Position numbers and translations under genes: made by a program. 64,000 nucleotides of DNA from Amphiscolops sp. MND2022 (Eukaryota), in the NCBI GenBank assembly GCA_964187785.1, contig OZ076409.1, forward strand, positions 19,346,001 through 19,410,000. The letters are read 5' to 3'. Shown piece after piece: positions 47,353 through 61,610 of the stretch. Positions within the stretch are counted from its first letter, which is position 1. Each line of letters begins with the position of its first letter. The notes under the pieces are model-generated. The model was not told the origin of the DNA. It ran no database searches and was given only the letters and a program-made list of their open reading frames with translations.

Positions 47353-49205
47353 CATGTGTGTGTGTGTGTGTGTACATTACAATTGTTGTACCACACAAGT
47401 ATTAGCACTCGTGGGTTGAATAGCCGAACTGCAATATTGCAGAACATTTTATAGCAGAACCGAATCGAATTCTTAAGTGTTATTGGTCGCTATGTTCGAC
47501 AGAGAGCTTCGATCTATGAATTTATCATACAACTTCGCAACAGGTCAGAATGAATAAATATAAAGCTGAGATGATACGCGACCGTGCAGTTGTAAAACCG
47601 CTCAACTGACCGACTTTGCAGTTAGCCGACCCAATTGAATATGATTGGATATGAGTGAAAACATTCTCAATTTTGTTATGCAACTATAAGTAGCATCGTG
47701 TGAAAAAGTTAAATGCGCATCAAAAATTCCATGTGAACAGGCTTACTATTTTTTTTTTAAAAAAATAAATGATTCTGAATCAATCTCTTGATATCTATGA
47801 AAACCTAATTTCATTAATTTTCAAAGTGATAAATTCCATTTTGGGTCTAATTCCGCTCTTCTGAAAGTATTCAGTCGGCCAATTGCACAGTCAGTCAAAA
47901 CAGCCAGGTAGGATTTGACAGTAAGGTAGGTGGTAGTTTGCTAGCTTCGTTGCCCAATCAGATTTGAGATCGGATTTATATTGGTATTCCTTAAAGCTCT
48001 TTCGGTTATACGAACGGCTACCTTTTTCAACAACCCCTGTAGGAACAAAATCCGCTAATGCAAACAATGCGAATACAAAGTGTAGGCATGAAAAAACTTG
48101 GAAATTTTGTCGATTTATCAAACGAACCTTTACGATCTAATATTAGTTGCTCAAATTGCATTGCGATCGATGATTGGATTAGCGATTATTAATCGGTAAA
48201 TACAAATACCGATTAACCTTGGAACATCCCTGGTGTAGTGTATTTGCTTGAAAAGTCGCAGCTCTCTAGTATGTACATAAATAATACATACCACTTGTGA
48301 ATACTTACCCATCAATAACTTGTGGTAACTGACATTTTCCAATAATGGAAAACAGTTTGAATACAGATAACTTTTATAAAAACTTGTCCACACAACAAAA
48401 TAAAACGAACAAAGTATATGAAAATTATTAACAGTTGGCTTCTGGAAGGAACTGGTGGGAATTTTTCACTAAGAGCGTTTCCTACAAACTGTAGTCAAGC
48501 TGTGAGAGAATAATGCAAACAATAATTGATAACATCTAAATTTTAATGTGTTTTAACTCAATGATCTATTACATGCAACCATCATACATAAAAACATAGT
48601 CACCAAGTTAGATGAAAAAGTTTTGTTTTGCGCACTGAATTTCCAGAAAATCGGATGTCTGTAAATTGGATGTAAGAGAAAGGAAAACTCATTAAAAATG
48701 CATAACTGTTGCAGAAACTGTGCAGCAAAGCTGTGAATTTATTATTATAATTCAAGCAAAAAAGCGTCTGGTTAACTCTGTGTGTTCACATGAACAAATT
48801 ATCGAGGATCAAAAGAAAGCAGAGACCGCCATATAAGGAGGCTATAACCTTTTTTTGGTTATTGAGGCAGATAATTTATCACCAACTTTACGTCACCGAG
48901 GAGACCAAGACTACATGATAATGTGTGATAAAAACTCGGCACGGTGATAAAGATTGAAAAGTTTCACTAATTCGAGAAAATTTAATTAAACTGTCATAAA
49001 ATACGTATCCGCCATTCGGACTTCTCCTCACCTTTTTCGACCTCCCCTCGACAAACTAGCATTTTTTGTAGGTGCCATAACTTCAGACTATTGAGCGGTT
49101 AAATTTTTCTCTTGGTCAAAATGTCTGTTTTGTCATTTATAGATTGTTGGTCAGGATTCACCAATCGAATTTCGAAAAACTTTTTCTTTAATGAACTAAT
49201 TTAAC

Positions 49206-49562
49206 GGTATCCGGACACTTGTTACTATGCCATTTCCTATTAGGACATTTGCTACTAGGACATTTGCCACGATTTGGGTGCTACTACGGAAAGACCAATG
49301 AGTTTTAAGTTATAAAAAAAGTTTTGCAGGAATTTAATACAACAATTGTCAAAATGACCGGTTAATTTAATCGTGAAATATGGATTTGCTTGTGCTTTTA
49401 GACTCAAAATCGGAAACTTTGTCTTGTCCCATAATTAACAGCTTATATCCACATAGTTAAAATTAGTAACAAACTACCCAGTAGCAAATATACCCTAGTG
49501 GCAAATTGCCTAGTAGCAAATGGCGTAGTAGCAACCGTCCCAGTAGCAAACGTCCTGCAACC
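49206..49562. mobile_element. MITE with tandem 15-bp subterminal repeats
   Basis: GGTATCCGGACACTTGTTACT / AGTAGCAAACGTCCTGCAACC termini; GGACATTTGCTACTA units on the left and their inverse on the right. Confidence 0.7.
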
Positions 49563-52500
49563 AAGTCAACAACCCACTATTGGTATACTATTGTTGACTT
49601 GGTCGCAGGACGTTTGCTTTATTATTCTTTTACCTTTCAACCAACTGGTTGAGTTGGTCAATATTATAATTATGAAGAATTATCAGAAACGTTTAAAGTT
49701 AGCAAAAGTTGTTGTTCAATGAAAAACTGACAAAAACTTTTTATCCATGCGATTGTCGATATTTGTTTGCTTTGTAGGCGGAACTCGAAGAAAAGGTAAA
49801 GAATAATTTCATGCACAGTTAGCTTATTCTTTTATCTGAAATTTGTAAAATCCGTCACTGTTTGTTCAAACTTTTATCAAGACACTAAATCTTTTTCAAA
49901 TTTTGCTGTTCTGTTACGACTACTAACAAAGGATCTTTATGATCATTTGGATTAAATCAGTTATTAACAACGCAGGTTGATGATTTCAATTCAACAATTT
50001 TTAAAACCAGTTTTCATCACTATTTTCAACCAAGTATTTCGTAACAACAAACGGGAAACGTTTCTGTAGAAAGATTTGTTGTCAATTGTCAATCAAAATG
50101 TTCTACCTTCATTTCTTGCAACTTACGATATGTGCCGTTTTTAGAACCAACTACCTTTATGCTAAATCTTTTGTTTTCACAACGCGAGTTGAAAAGTTAC
50201 GCTGGTTGAAAGTGCTCGACTTTCGTTTCACGTTTTCTTAAATTGCCAATCACATTAACCATGATGCTATAAAACCCTTGACGGAAGTTTCCATCCAATA
50301 AAGTTTCAATGTTTCAATTCATTTATGCCAGGCTGCAAAAAGCGTCCTAAATTTGGCGGCGAGTTGGTTTTTGAAAGATAGAATAAGCGATTTTTAAAAA
50401 AAAAATAGCAGTTGACAACTTTTCAATTTTACCGTCATTTCGATGCAAATAAATTTCAGTCGTTTGCTGAGTTTCAGAGTAGCGTTTTCAAAGTAGCAGC
50501 CTGCAATTTGACAAAAAGTCTTCACAAACGTTTAGTACTTGAAAAAGTAGAAAGAGCAAACAAAGTGATCTAGGCAATGAAGAAACCGAAGTGTATTCAG
50601 TTTTGACTGAAATAGTGGACGCTGTAATGTATTCCTGAAAACTTTTTCGCAGCAGGTTCCCGAAGTTTCCATGTTTTGGATCAAATCGGCCTTCCAAACA
50701 TGCAAAAAAATGGATAACTTCCAAAAACAGGTTGATTGACAGAGACCCCTTTTTGAAATTGCTTGAACGTTTTGCATGAACATTAAATTTCAACCAACTT
50801 TCATTCTGATTTTCTGAAACTCTTACGGAAACTTTCATACGAAAATATTTCACTCTGTCATTCGAATTTTAGCAAGCTGCTTACACGACGAACCTTGCTT
50901 TGGCGACAACTTAAGGCTTCGAAGTTTTTTTAGTTTTCATCAGGAAACAGTCTAAATTTTGAAAACAACTAAGTGTCATTTAGGTTTATTATCCATTTTA
51001 ATGCAAATTAAGTTCAGTCATACAATAAACTGCAGCTGAGCGTCATTTTCAGCGCGCTATCTGAGAAGCGGTGATCACAGCATAGGAGTAGTTGAGAAGT
51101 TAAAGTGTGAACACAAAGTGATCGTGTCGGTAACGAAGTGGAAAACTTTTCCAACTTTAATTGCAATAGTGAAAACTGCAGTGTAATTCTACAAGATTTA
51201 CCACCGGAAATTTACTGAAATTTCTAGTTTTTATAAACAAATAAAATATGATTGAAATTCTAGAACACCTATTAAAATTTAGCCGAGTCGACGTTTTTTG
51301 AAACATTACGTAGACTATAACAATGTAAGCAGAAAACGACAAAAAATAACAATGTCGTGTCTTCGCTTACACGACAAAAACAAGATAAAAGTTAAGGCGA
51401 AAGAATCGAATATACTGGGTATTTTCTCACTCTGTCAGTCTGCACGTCCTAATTTCGAAACTTTCCTCGCCTCGAAGTTTTTGTATGTATCTTTGAATTG
51501 AATTACGATAAAGACATCGGATAAAACGATCATACTTCGGATAAAATGAATAAGTGTCGCATGCTGCCGCTTGTGACGGTACCAGAATTACGATCACGAC
51601 GTCTGGACGGGAGATCGCATCGCCACTCTGCCAAAATTTTAAAAAACTGTCATTAAGAATGAACTTTTGTCACATGTATCACCGTGCTTTTTTGTTTTAT
51701 ACACGAGTATTATTAGTCTGTCAACATAAGTACGCTATTTGAAGTAGATGTAAATTAATACAGAAGCGAAATGAGAAAGTTGACTGCAAAGCAATACGGA
51801 AACGATTTCAAATGAGTTTCCGTACCTTTGCGGCAATGTCGCTTACTAGTACAAATATTTGCCGGTTATGGCCGTTTGCCTGAGATTTGTTAATTCACTT
51901 GCGCTGTTTAGGTAAATTGCCGGTTTCAGCCGATTAAAGTAATGCGCTTTTAAAATGCTAATACTCAGTACAGTAGAATTTTGATACACACTTGTTTCAT
52001 ATAACAACTTTTAAAGGATGAAAAGGATTGTTAATGATGCTTTGAAGTGTTGATTGTTGATTTATTATAGTAGTAATGAAGTTTGGACTCCGGTCCTATA
52101 CCGGTCTTTAATTACTGGATGTTATTGAGTACGCCGGCCTTATTAGGCCTATTTAGTATTTATCAACCACATGTGAATTATTTCACCCATGCCCCACTTT
52201 AAATCTCACTTGCCACCACCTTCTCGAAACTGATGTTACATATTTTGAATATTTGTACCTCAGCAGTTTTGTGACGATGAATTGTTGACAACATGAGGTA
52301 TTAACCAGGAATGTTCAGTATTTAGTTGTTTAAATGTTTTGTTTTGACCGATGCTTTGAGGTAGTAGTCCCATCAACCGCCAAATTGAAGGCATTCACTG
52401 ATGCTTCCTTATGATCGACAACGTGATCAGTTAGGGTCAAAACCATCTTGTGATTTTCCTTAATCGAAAATAAAAAGAATGTGAGTTTCACTCTCTCGGG

Positions 52501-52634
52501 GATATAAATACCCACATCCCTCTTGGGAGAGACACTAATTTTCATTTCTTACTTCGATAAAGATACTCTGAAAACAGTTCTCTGTTAGTTTTCCGAACAT
52601 ATAGATAACTCAAATATTTATACTCGGATTCTTG

Positions 52635-53213
52635 ATGCCTACTACAAGAAAACAGAAAAATGCAAGAAAATCTAGAGGGTTAGAGATACTCTCAGATATT
52701 GAAAATCTAGACATAATGCTAGGTGAAAGACATTCTGAAAGAGAGGAACGCGCTTACAGTAACTCAGCTGGGAGACCAGAAAGTGTCACTAGTGATATGT
52801 TTGAAAACAATGGTGAAAACCTATACTTGAATAATGTTGAGGCTAGACCTGGTCAGGGTCAGAAATCAGCAAGTGTTAACTCCAACACCGAGACCAACAA
52901 ACTGTCGAGTGAACTTGACTCTAGGCTGACTAGGGAAATGGATGACATGATGAATAGTGTCAATATCCAAATTCAGAGGGCAATTAGCGATGCAATAAGC
53001 AATCAGATTTTGCCCCAGATACGAAATGTCTTAAAGGCCGGGTCAGGCCCCTTGACACAAAACCGATGGAACGTTCCGGCTGAGAGACCTGAACTTAATT
53101 CCGAAGATTGCCGTAGTGAGAGAATCAAAGGCAACTTAAGAAGGGAGCCAGTCTGTTACTGTTTTGTTGACAACCACCACGAACAAGCTTACGACAATAA
53201 GATTCGAACATAA
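52635..53213 (+). pseudogene. Probable truncated gag-like ORF of an LTR retrotransposon
   Basis: 192 codons with a basic N-terminus (MPTTRKQKNARKSR) and a helical block (SRLTREMDDMMNSVNIQIQRAISDAISNQILPQI). Possible LTR-end/PBS at ~52290-52310. No pol downstream; assignment is from recollection of similar proteins, not a search. Confidence 0.45.
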
Positions 53214-55980
53214 CTTAAACGGAACGATCGTTATTCCTCACTCCCCTCTCGTTGTTTTCTTCAAAAATCCCTCAATGTTGTCAAAGGCCCTGCTCTTCCA
53301 GTATTTTGTCTGCATACATGAAGTTAGAAGACGTTATAGCTTTCAGATCTATACTTTTTTCGGACATAGTGATTAGGAACTTGAGAAAATTAACTTTATA
53401 GCTAATCTCAAACGACTGCTGAATTTCACGCCAAACCGTAATCAGATAGAAAAATCAGCTGATTCTTTCAATGTTTGAAAGTTCATCGAAAAATTTACAA
53501 GCACTTTATTTTACAATTGTAAAAAAATTCCAGAAAATTTTACCTGAGAAGCGAAGACGGCTTGAATTGATAACGGTGTAACAAAATTTCCAAGTACTCA
53601 AAACTGGCGTTTAGCATTTCCACCAAAATAAGTTTGATTGTGAACTGTTGAGACAAAAACTTGGACACACTTGATAGTTTACCACTATCAATATAGCATG
53701 TCTCGTAAAGTGCAAACTACGAAAGAATATAAAATATTGTCTTGTTGCATTAATAAAAGTTATATAAATTGGCTGTTAGAATGACTCCTTGTCGTACGGT
53801 AAGAGAAACACCATTTGGTAAGAGACAATTAGCTTTATCTAGGTTTGCAATCTCTAAATCCACAGGTTTGTCTTTGGCAAGAGGGAATTTTCAGTACTGC
53901 GTGGAATAAACAGTTACACGGGAATGTCGTAATGCCATAAACAAGTCCGTCCAGTGCCTACTTTGTGCATGAATGTCGCATGTATGCAACAGCCAGCTGC
54001 CATAGACTGGTAACATGTTTTGATTCCTCACTGCTTGAATATAAATTGGTATCAAGGTTTCAAATTAATCTCGGAAGAGCAAAATTATACCGAGATTACA
54101 TTTATGCGTACGTTTCGATTAGTTTCACGGAGAAAGGATTTTGGGTAATTCGCAAGCTGGGGATAAAATAGCCTTTAAATTTAAACGCAAAAGAGGAATA
54201 AGGCTATCTCGCTGAGCGGGACTGCTCCGGAAATTTGGGAAAAGATTTGTCACTTTCTGGGAAGATTTATTCATGCCGGCGGAACGAATACAGAAAATAT
54301 TAGAAGAAACCGCGAAGAAAACTAAAAATAAAAGAAAGTAAGATAAGCCGAATTTTTAGATTTGTGAGCTTGTGTATTTAGTTTGATAATACCATCCAGG
54401 ATCCTGTAAGCCACTTATATAACGGCAACAAAAGGTGTCATAAAACTAACAACAGCCAGTAGCCGATTAGACAAAAAAGAAAAAGAAAAGGAGGCATAAT
54501 AAAATGCTGAGATAACTGCGTAAAAATATACAGAGTGGAAAAAGTCTACTTATATGAAAAAATCAGCGGTAAGACAATTTGGCCATCGATTAATTTTTAA
54601 AACTTCCAAGAATATGTAATTCTGAGGAATTGCATTGATGTGCATACATGTTTTTGATGTTTATTGCATGATGCATTCTGCACGACAAGGACATATTTTT
54701 AGTCTTGCCGTAAAAATGAACCTACGGTCTTAGAAGTTGTAAGATGTTATAAAGCCTATTCTAGGAGTGATTATTTTTACGGGTCTTAGTCATCAGAAGC
54801 ATCAAAATACGTGAAACTTTTCAATTCTTGGAATTCTAAGGTTCTTAAAAAATTGTCTCATGTTAATAGATTGGTATGTTGGTAACTCGAAAAACAAAAT
54901 TAAACTATTTTGGTTTTCTGTTTGTTTTTTTTCTGTTCTAGGAAAAGTTATCAAACTTTTTAAAAAAAGATTTACAAGTTTTATGCTTCATTTTTTTCAG
55001 GCATTGAGCGGTTTTTAGTTTTTGATATAAAACAATTTGAAAGTTGTTCCAACCAGCTAGTTGTTGTGAAAGTTAAAACGTTTTCTCCTAGTATACATTT
55101 TGTTTATTCGACTAGTTTGAATGAAGCCAACAAATATCTTACCGAAGGTCCAATTTGACTGCCAAGTTAATATATTTAAAAAGCATGAAAACCAAGATAA
55201 GCAGGAAGCTACGTCAGGCATTTTCCTCCAAACCTTTCGAGTGCAGGGTGCTTCGTCAGGGGTTTTTACTCAAACCTTTTCGGTGGCTCTATGCTAATGA
55301 AAACACTCTGTTCTGAACAAAATGACGCAACATTTTGATTTGCAGCGTTAGCTAAACTAATGCAATTGACATCTAAAAATCGCTATTTTCCACGCCCCCA
55401 ACATTCAAGCGACGAATGTCTCCTAATTGGCACTTAGTTCGTGCCGTCTGTATGAACGACCCGTTTTCTTGGAAAAGAATCAACAAGAATTCAGATAGCG
55501 CATTTTGCTTGAACTTAAAAAAATCTCTTTTCAACGACTAATAGCGAAACTATTCAGAGTACATGTTTTTTCTACAATATTCAACGCGTCTTTTTGAAGG
55601 GTATATTTCATATATACATACGGGATTATATATTGCGTTAGCGTATATCTGAGAAAAAACTATTCAGGTGGTTTAAAAAACTGAATTTACAAATTAATAA
55701 TCGAAAAGCTGATTTTGATCTAAAACTACACATCGCGAATTTGTACAGTCCGACCGACTTTTAGCTTTAGCAGTATTTCACTTTGCTGAAAATAAAATTG
55801 TGAAATTTGGAGTCTAATTTGAAATCACAAGTTGAGAGTATACGTATAGTAGGGATGGCGGAAATCCATGGAGAAATTCTGTTTCATTTCACGGAAAGAA
55901 GCCAAATTTCACACTGAAATTCATAGAAAACTTCAAAAATCATGGAATTTCACATAAAAGGGCTCTTTTTCCTGCACTAA

Positions 55981-56552
55981 TTTTTAGTCGGCGCTTTATC
56001 CTTTTAAGGAAAAATGCCCGACTATAGCAGTGACCTTTTTTTCTTCAGACTACAATCCTCACACTGATCGGTCCACTTTTCTTACAATCTTTAAATCTTA
56101 CAATTCTTACTAAGCAAATTTAAAATACTAGCGCAAAAGAAACTCAAAGGGACCAAAGGGTACTCTACTCCCTTAGAGTATTTTCGGCTCTGTGAGACTT
56201 TTTTTTCGAAAAAAAATTCCCCAAAGGGTCCCCCCTTTAATTTTTTTGGAGTTTTCCGACAGAACAGATGTTGGAAAATCCCAAAGGGTCCCCCCTTTTC
56301 AGTTTTTTCGGCATTGTTAGACTTTTTTTCAAAAAAAAAATTTTTCACCAAAAGTGCCCTTCCTTCAATTTTTTTTGATGATTTGCCACAGAATTGATGA
56401 AAAATCTCAAAGTGTCCTCTCTGGTGCGCCAATTCGGTTCAACTTTTGGGTTTTTCCGGTACCGTAGAAGAGAATACTCTGACCATTTTAAATCCTTTTG
56501 CTGTTTTTGAGCCTTAGATATGGCGCCGACTTGGGCCGTTCCCGGCTTCGTT
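55981..56552 (+). mobile_element. Non-autonomous Helentron/HINE (Helitron2-type) element, complete copy
   Basis: 5' TTTTTAGTCGGCGC with a nearby inverted copy (GCCCGACTA); 3' subterminal GCGCCGACT followed by hairpin GCCG-TTCC-CGGC and a T-rich end. This is the asymmetric sub-TIR plus 3' hairpin architecture. Confidence 0.8.
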
Positions 56553-59500
56553 TAAGTAACAGCAATTTTAATCAAAACTCGCAATTTACATTTTTTAAAT
56601 AATTATTTTACATTATTTTTCTGAAATAACAGTTTCAAAAATTTGAGTAAAAAATAGCAAAAATAAAGTTGTCATTGAGTGAACTCTTTACTTTTTGATC
56701 GTCAATTACACGCCAATTTCGCAGATTTTTGCCAATCCAGTTTTCCACACAAGCGTCACAATTTTCTACGCCGTGAGTTTCAGCCATTTCTAGCGTATAG
56801 AAACGACAGCGTCAAGTTTTCATAATTGCAAACAAGAACAGTACGGAAATAGGCAGAGCCAGGAACTTTCTTAAAGCCAAGATTCTAATTTTGGAACTAC
56901 TTCAGAAGCGTTTCTTGTGAGATTAAATGCTATTTTATGAAACTTCATTTCCTGAAGTGGAAAAAGCGCACAAAGTTACACGTACCGGTTTTCCAGTGGT
57001 CGCTTTGAAATTTCCTTCGCAAGTGAATGAACGCCCAAGAAATCACCTCGAGGTCCATTTTGGTTTAGAAAGCTACAGAGTTTTGTATTATTCCATTTAA
57101 TGACTACAAGCTATAACAACAGTCAAGAGGATTGTGAACGTAAGCGGAAAGTCAAGCGCCAAATTGGGATTCAAATTCGTTAAAAGCTAATTCAAACAAC
57201 TCTATAATGTATGTATATGATCGACTTTTCTACCTGCCAGTCATTTTATATTGATATCGATATGAAGGAAAAACTGTGGAAATCAAAGACAGTACAAAGA
57301 AAAACTGAATTAAAAAACTATAAACTTCTCTCGCTAAAACTTAGTCAATCAGAAACTTCACTAATTAGAGTTTATTGTCAATAATTCCCTGCTCAAAGGA
57401 TTCTGATCTTAACTATGCTTAAATGAGGAGTCTGGTGGTAAGATTTAAAAAAACTTCTGGCGAAAGTGTACGAAAACTCACAGATATCAGTATAACTTGT
57501 TAGAAATCTTTGAAAAAATTAAATTTTTGCTGAAATACATTTGATAAATTCGGTTTAAGTTGCTGCAGTCAAAAAATACATTTTGAAGAATACTATCAAC
57601 AAGACGCCCGCTGAGCAGCGAGATATTTTCCGCCTCGAACTGTTCTGAAACTACATAAATTTGAGGCTCAAGAATAGCCAATGCTCTATAAAAATGCTGA
57701 GAAGTTCGAAGAAAAGAAAGTTTTGATTCATCTTTGCCCATTTTGTAAAGCAAATTCCTATTTTATTACTTCTGCGATAGCTGGCAAGTTTTCGTTTTTT
57801 CGCCACTATGCAACTTACAGAGTAAAAGAAATTTTTCATTTTTTTCAGAAACAATTTTCGAAAAACAATTCTCGCAATTTTCAGTTTTTGAGGTTTTCTG
57901 TCAAGGAAATAAGTTTCCCGAGTTTTGAGGGAGACCTCTTTATTACTTTTGATCACGTGGAACTGATGAGGTTTTTTATTGATTGTGGAAAATACGTCAT
58001 TTCAATTTTTTCGGGTCTGTGCGTCTTTCCGAAACTTTCATTTGGTCGAAGGGTAACTCCTCGATTTCATAGCTGATTTCAGCAAGAGACAGGTAGTTCG
58101 TGAGCTGAAACTTGTTTCGCAATCCAATGTCTTCACGGAAAAAACAAAAAAACTGGCTGTTGGGGAAAGAATGGTCTCCGAGTCTCAGGCGTATTTGTTG
58201 GGGGTAATTTTTGGCACTGAGAAAATGGTATAATCTTGAAACTAGGTCATTTTCAAGTTTAGGAAACTTGAGTGGTCCCAGTTTGTTGTATTATTGCAAA
58301 TAGTTCCACCAGAAGTGTAAAAAATTGGAATTTTTTTTGAAAACTGTGGGATCAATATGAGGAACTTTTCTTACTTGAATATACCCATGTCTCTTCACAA
58401 ATAACCCTACTGGACACCAATTTTAGTTGTTGTTGAATGCTTAGACCAATCTAACCCACTCTACTAGCTCGAAACATTTTCCTTTGGAAGGTGTACTCCG
58501 TATCTAGTGATTTTGCTTTGAGCTTATTGAATATTGAATGTTTGACAAATAGGGTCGAAGTTTACAATTTCAACTCAAGTTTATGTTGTGCCAAAAAACT
58601 TGTCTGGTATCTTTTCGAAACACTACCTGTAGCTACACGTTTCAACCTTGAGCCTATGGGTTTTCTGATTGAAGTAAATTTTCGGAAAGTGTCCAAAAGT
58701 GGGACTATATTGTCGAAAATTGAGGAAAATCAGAACTTTTGAGACCTTTGTTGTAAACTCGACGAGCATCTGCCTACTTTTTTCCCAACTTGCGTTTTCA
58801 ATGCCCTATTGCTTCAACGCTCTGGTCAATGGAAGTTCTCGATTCTACGAGCAATTTTGTGGTTTGAACAAAAATTGGGAATAATTTGTCAAAAAATGTG
58901 CCTTTTTGTTCAATGGATTTTGGGTGCTCTGGGGCCATTTCCAACAAAAACTTGCAATGATGTCTTTGAAATTGCCTACTGGATACCAAGAGTAGTCCTT
59001 GTTGAGCCTTTAAAACTTTTTATGCAAGGTAGTAGCTCAAAAATTGTATAAAAAACTGTCCAAAAACTTTTTTAAAAACTTGAAAATTCTCAATTTTTCC
59101 AACTTTTGGGTCATTTTGAAGAAACTCACTGCCAATAAAATGTAAAGTTTTCTTTTAAAACGTGCTGTGGATCTAGTTTTATAAGCTGGAGCTCTTTGAA
59201 GCTTTTATCTTACCAAAATGTTCCAATCTCAAATTAAAATTAACTGAAAATGCCAGGAATCGACAAAAATTTTGACATTTTCAACAAATTGCGGTCAATT
59301 TTGATCCTTTTTTCAACCGAAGTCTTCAAATACTTCTTAAAAAGCCGACAGAAGTATGAGTTCAATCTTTGTTGAACGTTTACCATCATGGTTCCAAAAC
59401 TCTGATTCACCATTCTGATTCCAAAACTATTCAAAAAGTAGACATAGGTTGTATAAAAACGAAGATGTTGAATTTTTTTGAACTATTTGGAGTCATTCTG

Positions 59501-59699
59501 AAGTGTTTTTGAAGCAAAACGCTGAAACGTTCTTTTCAAAAAATGTAATGCATAGCTCGTTCTTTCGTAGTTGATTGTGTTGGAATCTTTGACGAAAAAT
59601 CTCGGATAATCAACAGAAGTTGCATCAAAAACGACAATTTCAGCATCAATTTGAAGCATTTCTTTTAGAAATTGAACTTATCTCTTGACGAAAGCTCAC

Positions 59700-61610
59700 A
59701 AAAACAACCATTTCCCCATTGTTTAGGGGTTTTACCATTCTAGTCTACGAAGTCTATCGATAGTTTGACAAAAATTGAACAAAAATGGTGAAAACAGGAA
59801 AATTTTTGAACTTTTGTCTTTTTCGATGTCAATTCCAGACAATTGTTATTCACAAAATTGCATTTATCTATCCACTAAGCAAACTGGATATCCATTTCAC
59901 TCCTTGTGGAGTTTATCCAATATTCCAATTTCAGGGGTTTGTCGAAGTTTCGGAAAAAACTGCAAAAAATCTTTGAAAATTGAAAGTTCTTAGGGTTTCT
60001 GTCAATTTCGGTGTCAAATTTCGACTCTTTTCAATTAAAAAACTGACGTTATCTCATCTTTAAAGACCACTGGACAACAAGCTACTACCTTGGTGAATGT
60101 TTTCAACATTTCAATACTCGAAGTTTGTCGAAATTGTGACAGAAAATGCATAAAATTTTGAAAAATTGGAAAACTTTGAATATTTTTGTCATTTTTGTTG
60201 CTAATTTGAGATAATTTTCATTTTGAAAACTGCAATAAACTCTTCACAAAGGCCTACTGGACAAAAATTTGTTCCTTGCTGACGTTTCTCAACATTCCAT
60301 TTCACGAAGTTGGTCAAAAATTTGACAAAAAGTGCGTAAAAAGTGTGAAACACAAAAAATTTTGAGTTTTTGTCATTTTCGGTGTCACTTTGAGACTTTT
60401 TCAATTGATAAACAGCAGTTATCTTTCCGGAAAAGCCTAATGGACAACCAATTTGTGCCATGTTGTGCGTTTTCAACATTCTAATCCACGAACTCTGTCG
60501 AAAATGTGACAAAAATTGCATTAAAGTTTTGAAAATAATAAAATTTTTGGTTTTTTGTATTTTTCGGTGACAATTTAAGAATTTTTCATCTGAAAAACAG
60601 CGATTATCTCTTCGCAAAAGTTTACTGGACAACAACTTTGTGCCATTTTGAGCGTTTTCAACCGTCTATAGAAAATTAGACAAAAATTGCATAAAAACGT
60701 TAAAGATCGGAAATTTTTTGGTTATTTGTCATTTTTGATATATATTCGAGACCTTTTTCATTTGGAAAACAGCAATTATCTCACTATAGAAGACTACTGG
60801 ACAACGATTTCGTGCCTTGTTGAACGTTTTCAAATTTCTAATTCACGATATCTTTCAAAAAATTGCATTGAAACGTAGAAAAAAGGGAAATTTATTTCTT
60901 TTCAACGCATACTGGACAACACATTCTTTTCTTGTTGACCCGTTTCAACGTTACAAATGACGAAGTCCGTCGAAAATTTGAAAACATGCATGAAAACTTC
61001 AAAAATTGGAGAATTTTGGTTTTTATTGTCGTTTTCGGTGTCAATTTGGGACATTTTCACTTGGAAAACTACAATAAACTCTTCCGGACAACCCAATAAG
61101 CCTCTTGGACAACCCATTCTCTCCTTGTTGACGACCCTTTTCAACGTCCCCTAATCCACAAAGTCCGTCAAAAATTTGAAAAAATTCATAAAATTTTTGA
61201 AAATTGGAAAATTTTGGGATTTTTGTCACTTTCGGTGTCAAATTGAGATTTTTTTCATTTAGAAAACAGCTATTATCTCATCGGAAAAACCTACTGGACA
61301 ACAATGTAGTGCCAAGTTGAGCGTTTTCCGCATACAAATCGACGAAGTCTATCGAGAATTTGACGAATATTGCAGAAAAACGTTTTAAATTGGGAATTTC
61401 TTGGTTTATTGTCATTTCCGGTGTCAATTTCAGATCTTTTTTTGGGAAAACAGCAGTTATCTCTCCATAGAAGACTATTGGTCAACGAATTTGTGCCTTG
61501 CTGAAAGTTTTCAACATTATAATATACGATATCTATCATAAAATTAACAAAAACTGCCTTAAAACGTAAAAGTTGGAAATTTTCTCATTTTGGGGTCATT
61601 TTTGGGTCAT
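59700..61610 (+). repeat. Diverged ~185-bp tandem satellite, ~10 units (fainter units back to ~58.3 kb)
   Basis: CTACTGGACAAC-like motif near 59883, 60068, 60255, 60437, 60623, 60794, 60910, 61104, 61291 and 61475, with recurring TTTTGTCATTTTCGGTGTCAA. Confidence 0.85.

Noticed and set aside
46688..47454. Overlapping ORFs in several frames
   Set aside because: Arise from the GC-richer GTGGGAC repeats; no protein signature.
47891..48121. Minus-strand ORF with a signal-peptide-like stretch
   Set aside because: Non-ATG start, no domain and no supporting exon partners.
60201..61539. ORFs within the satellite
   Set aside because: Chance frames in degenerate tandem repeat.
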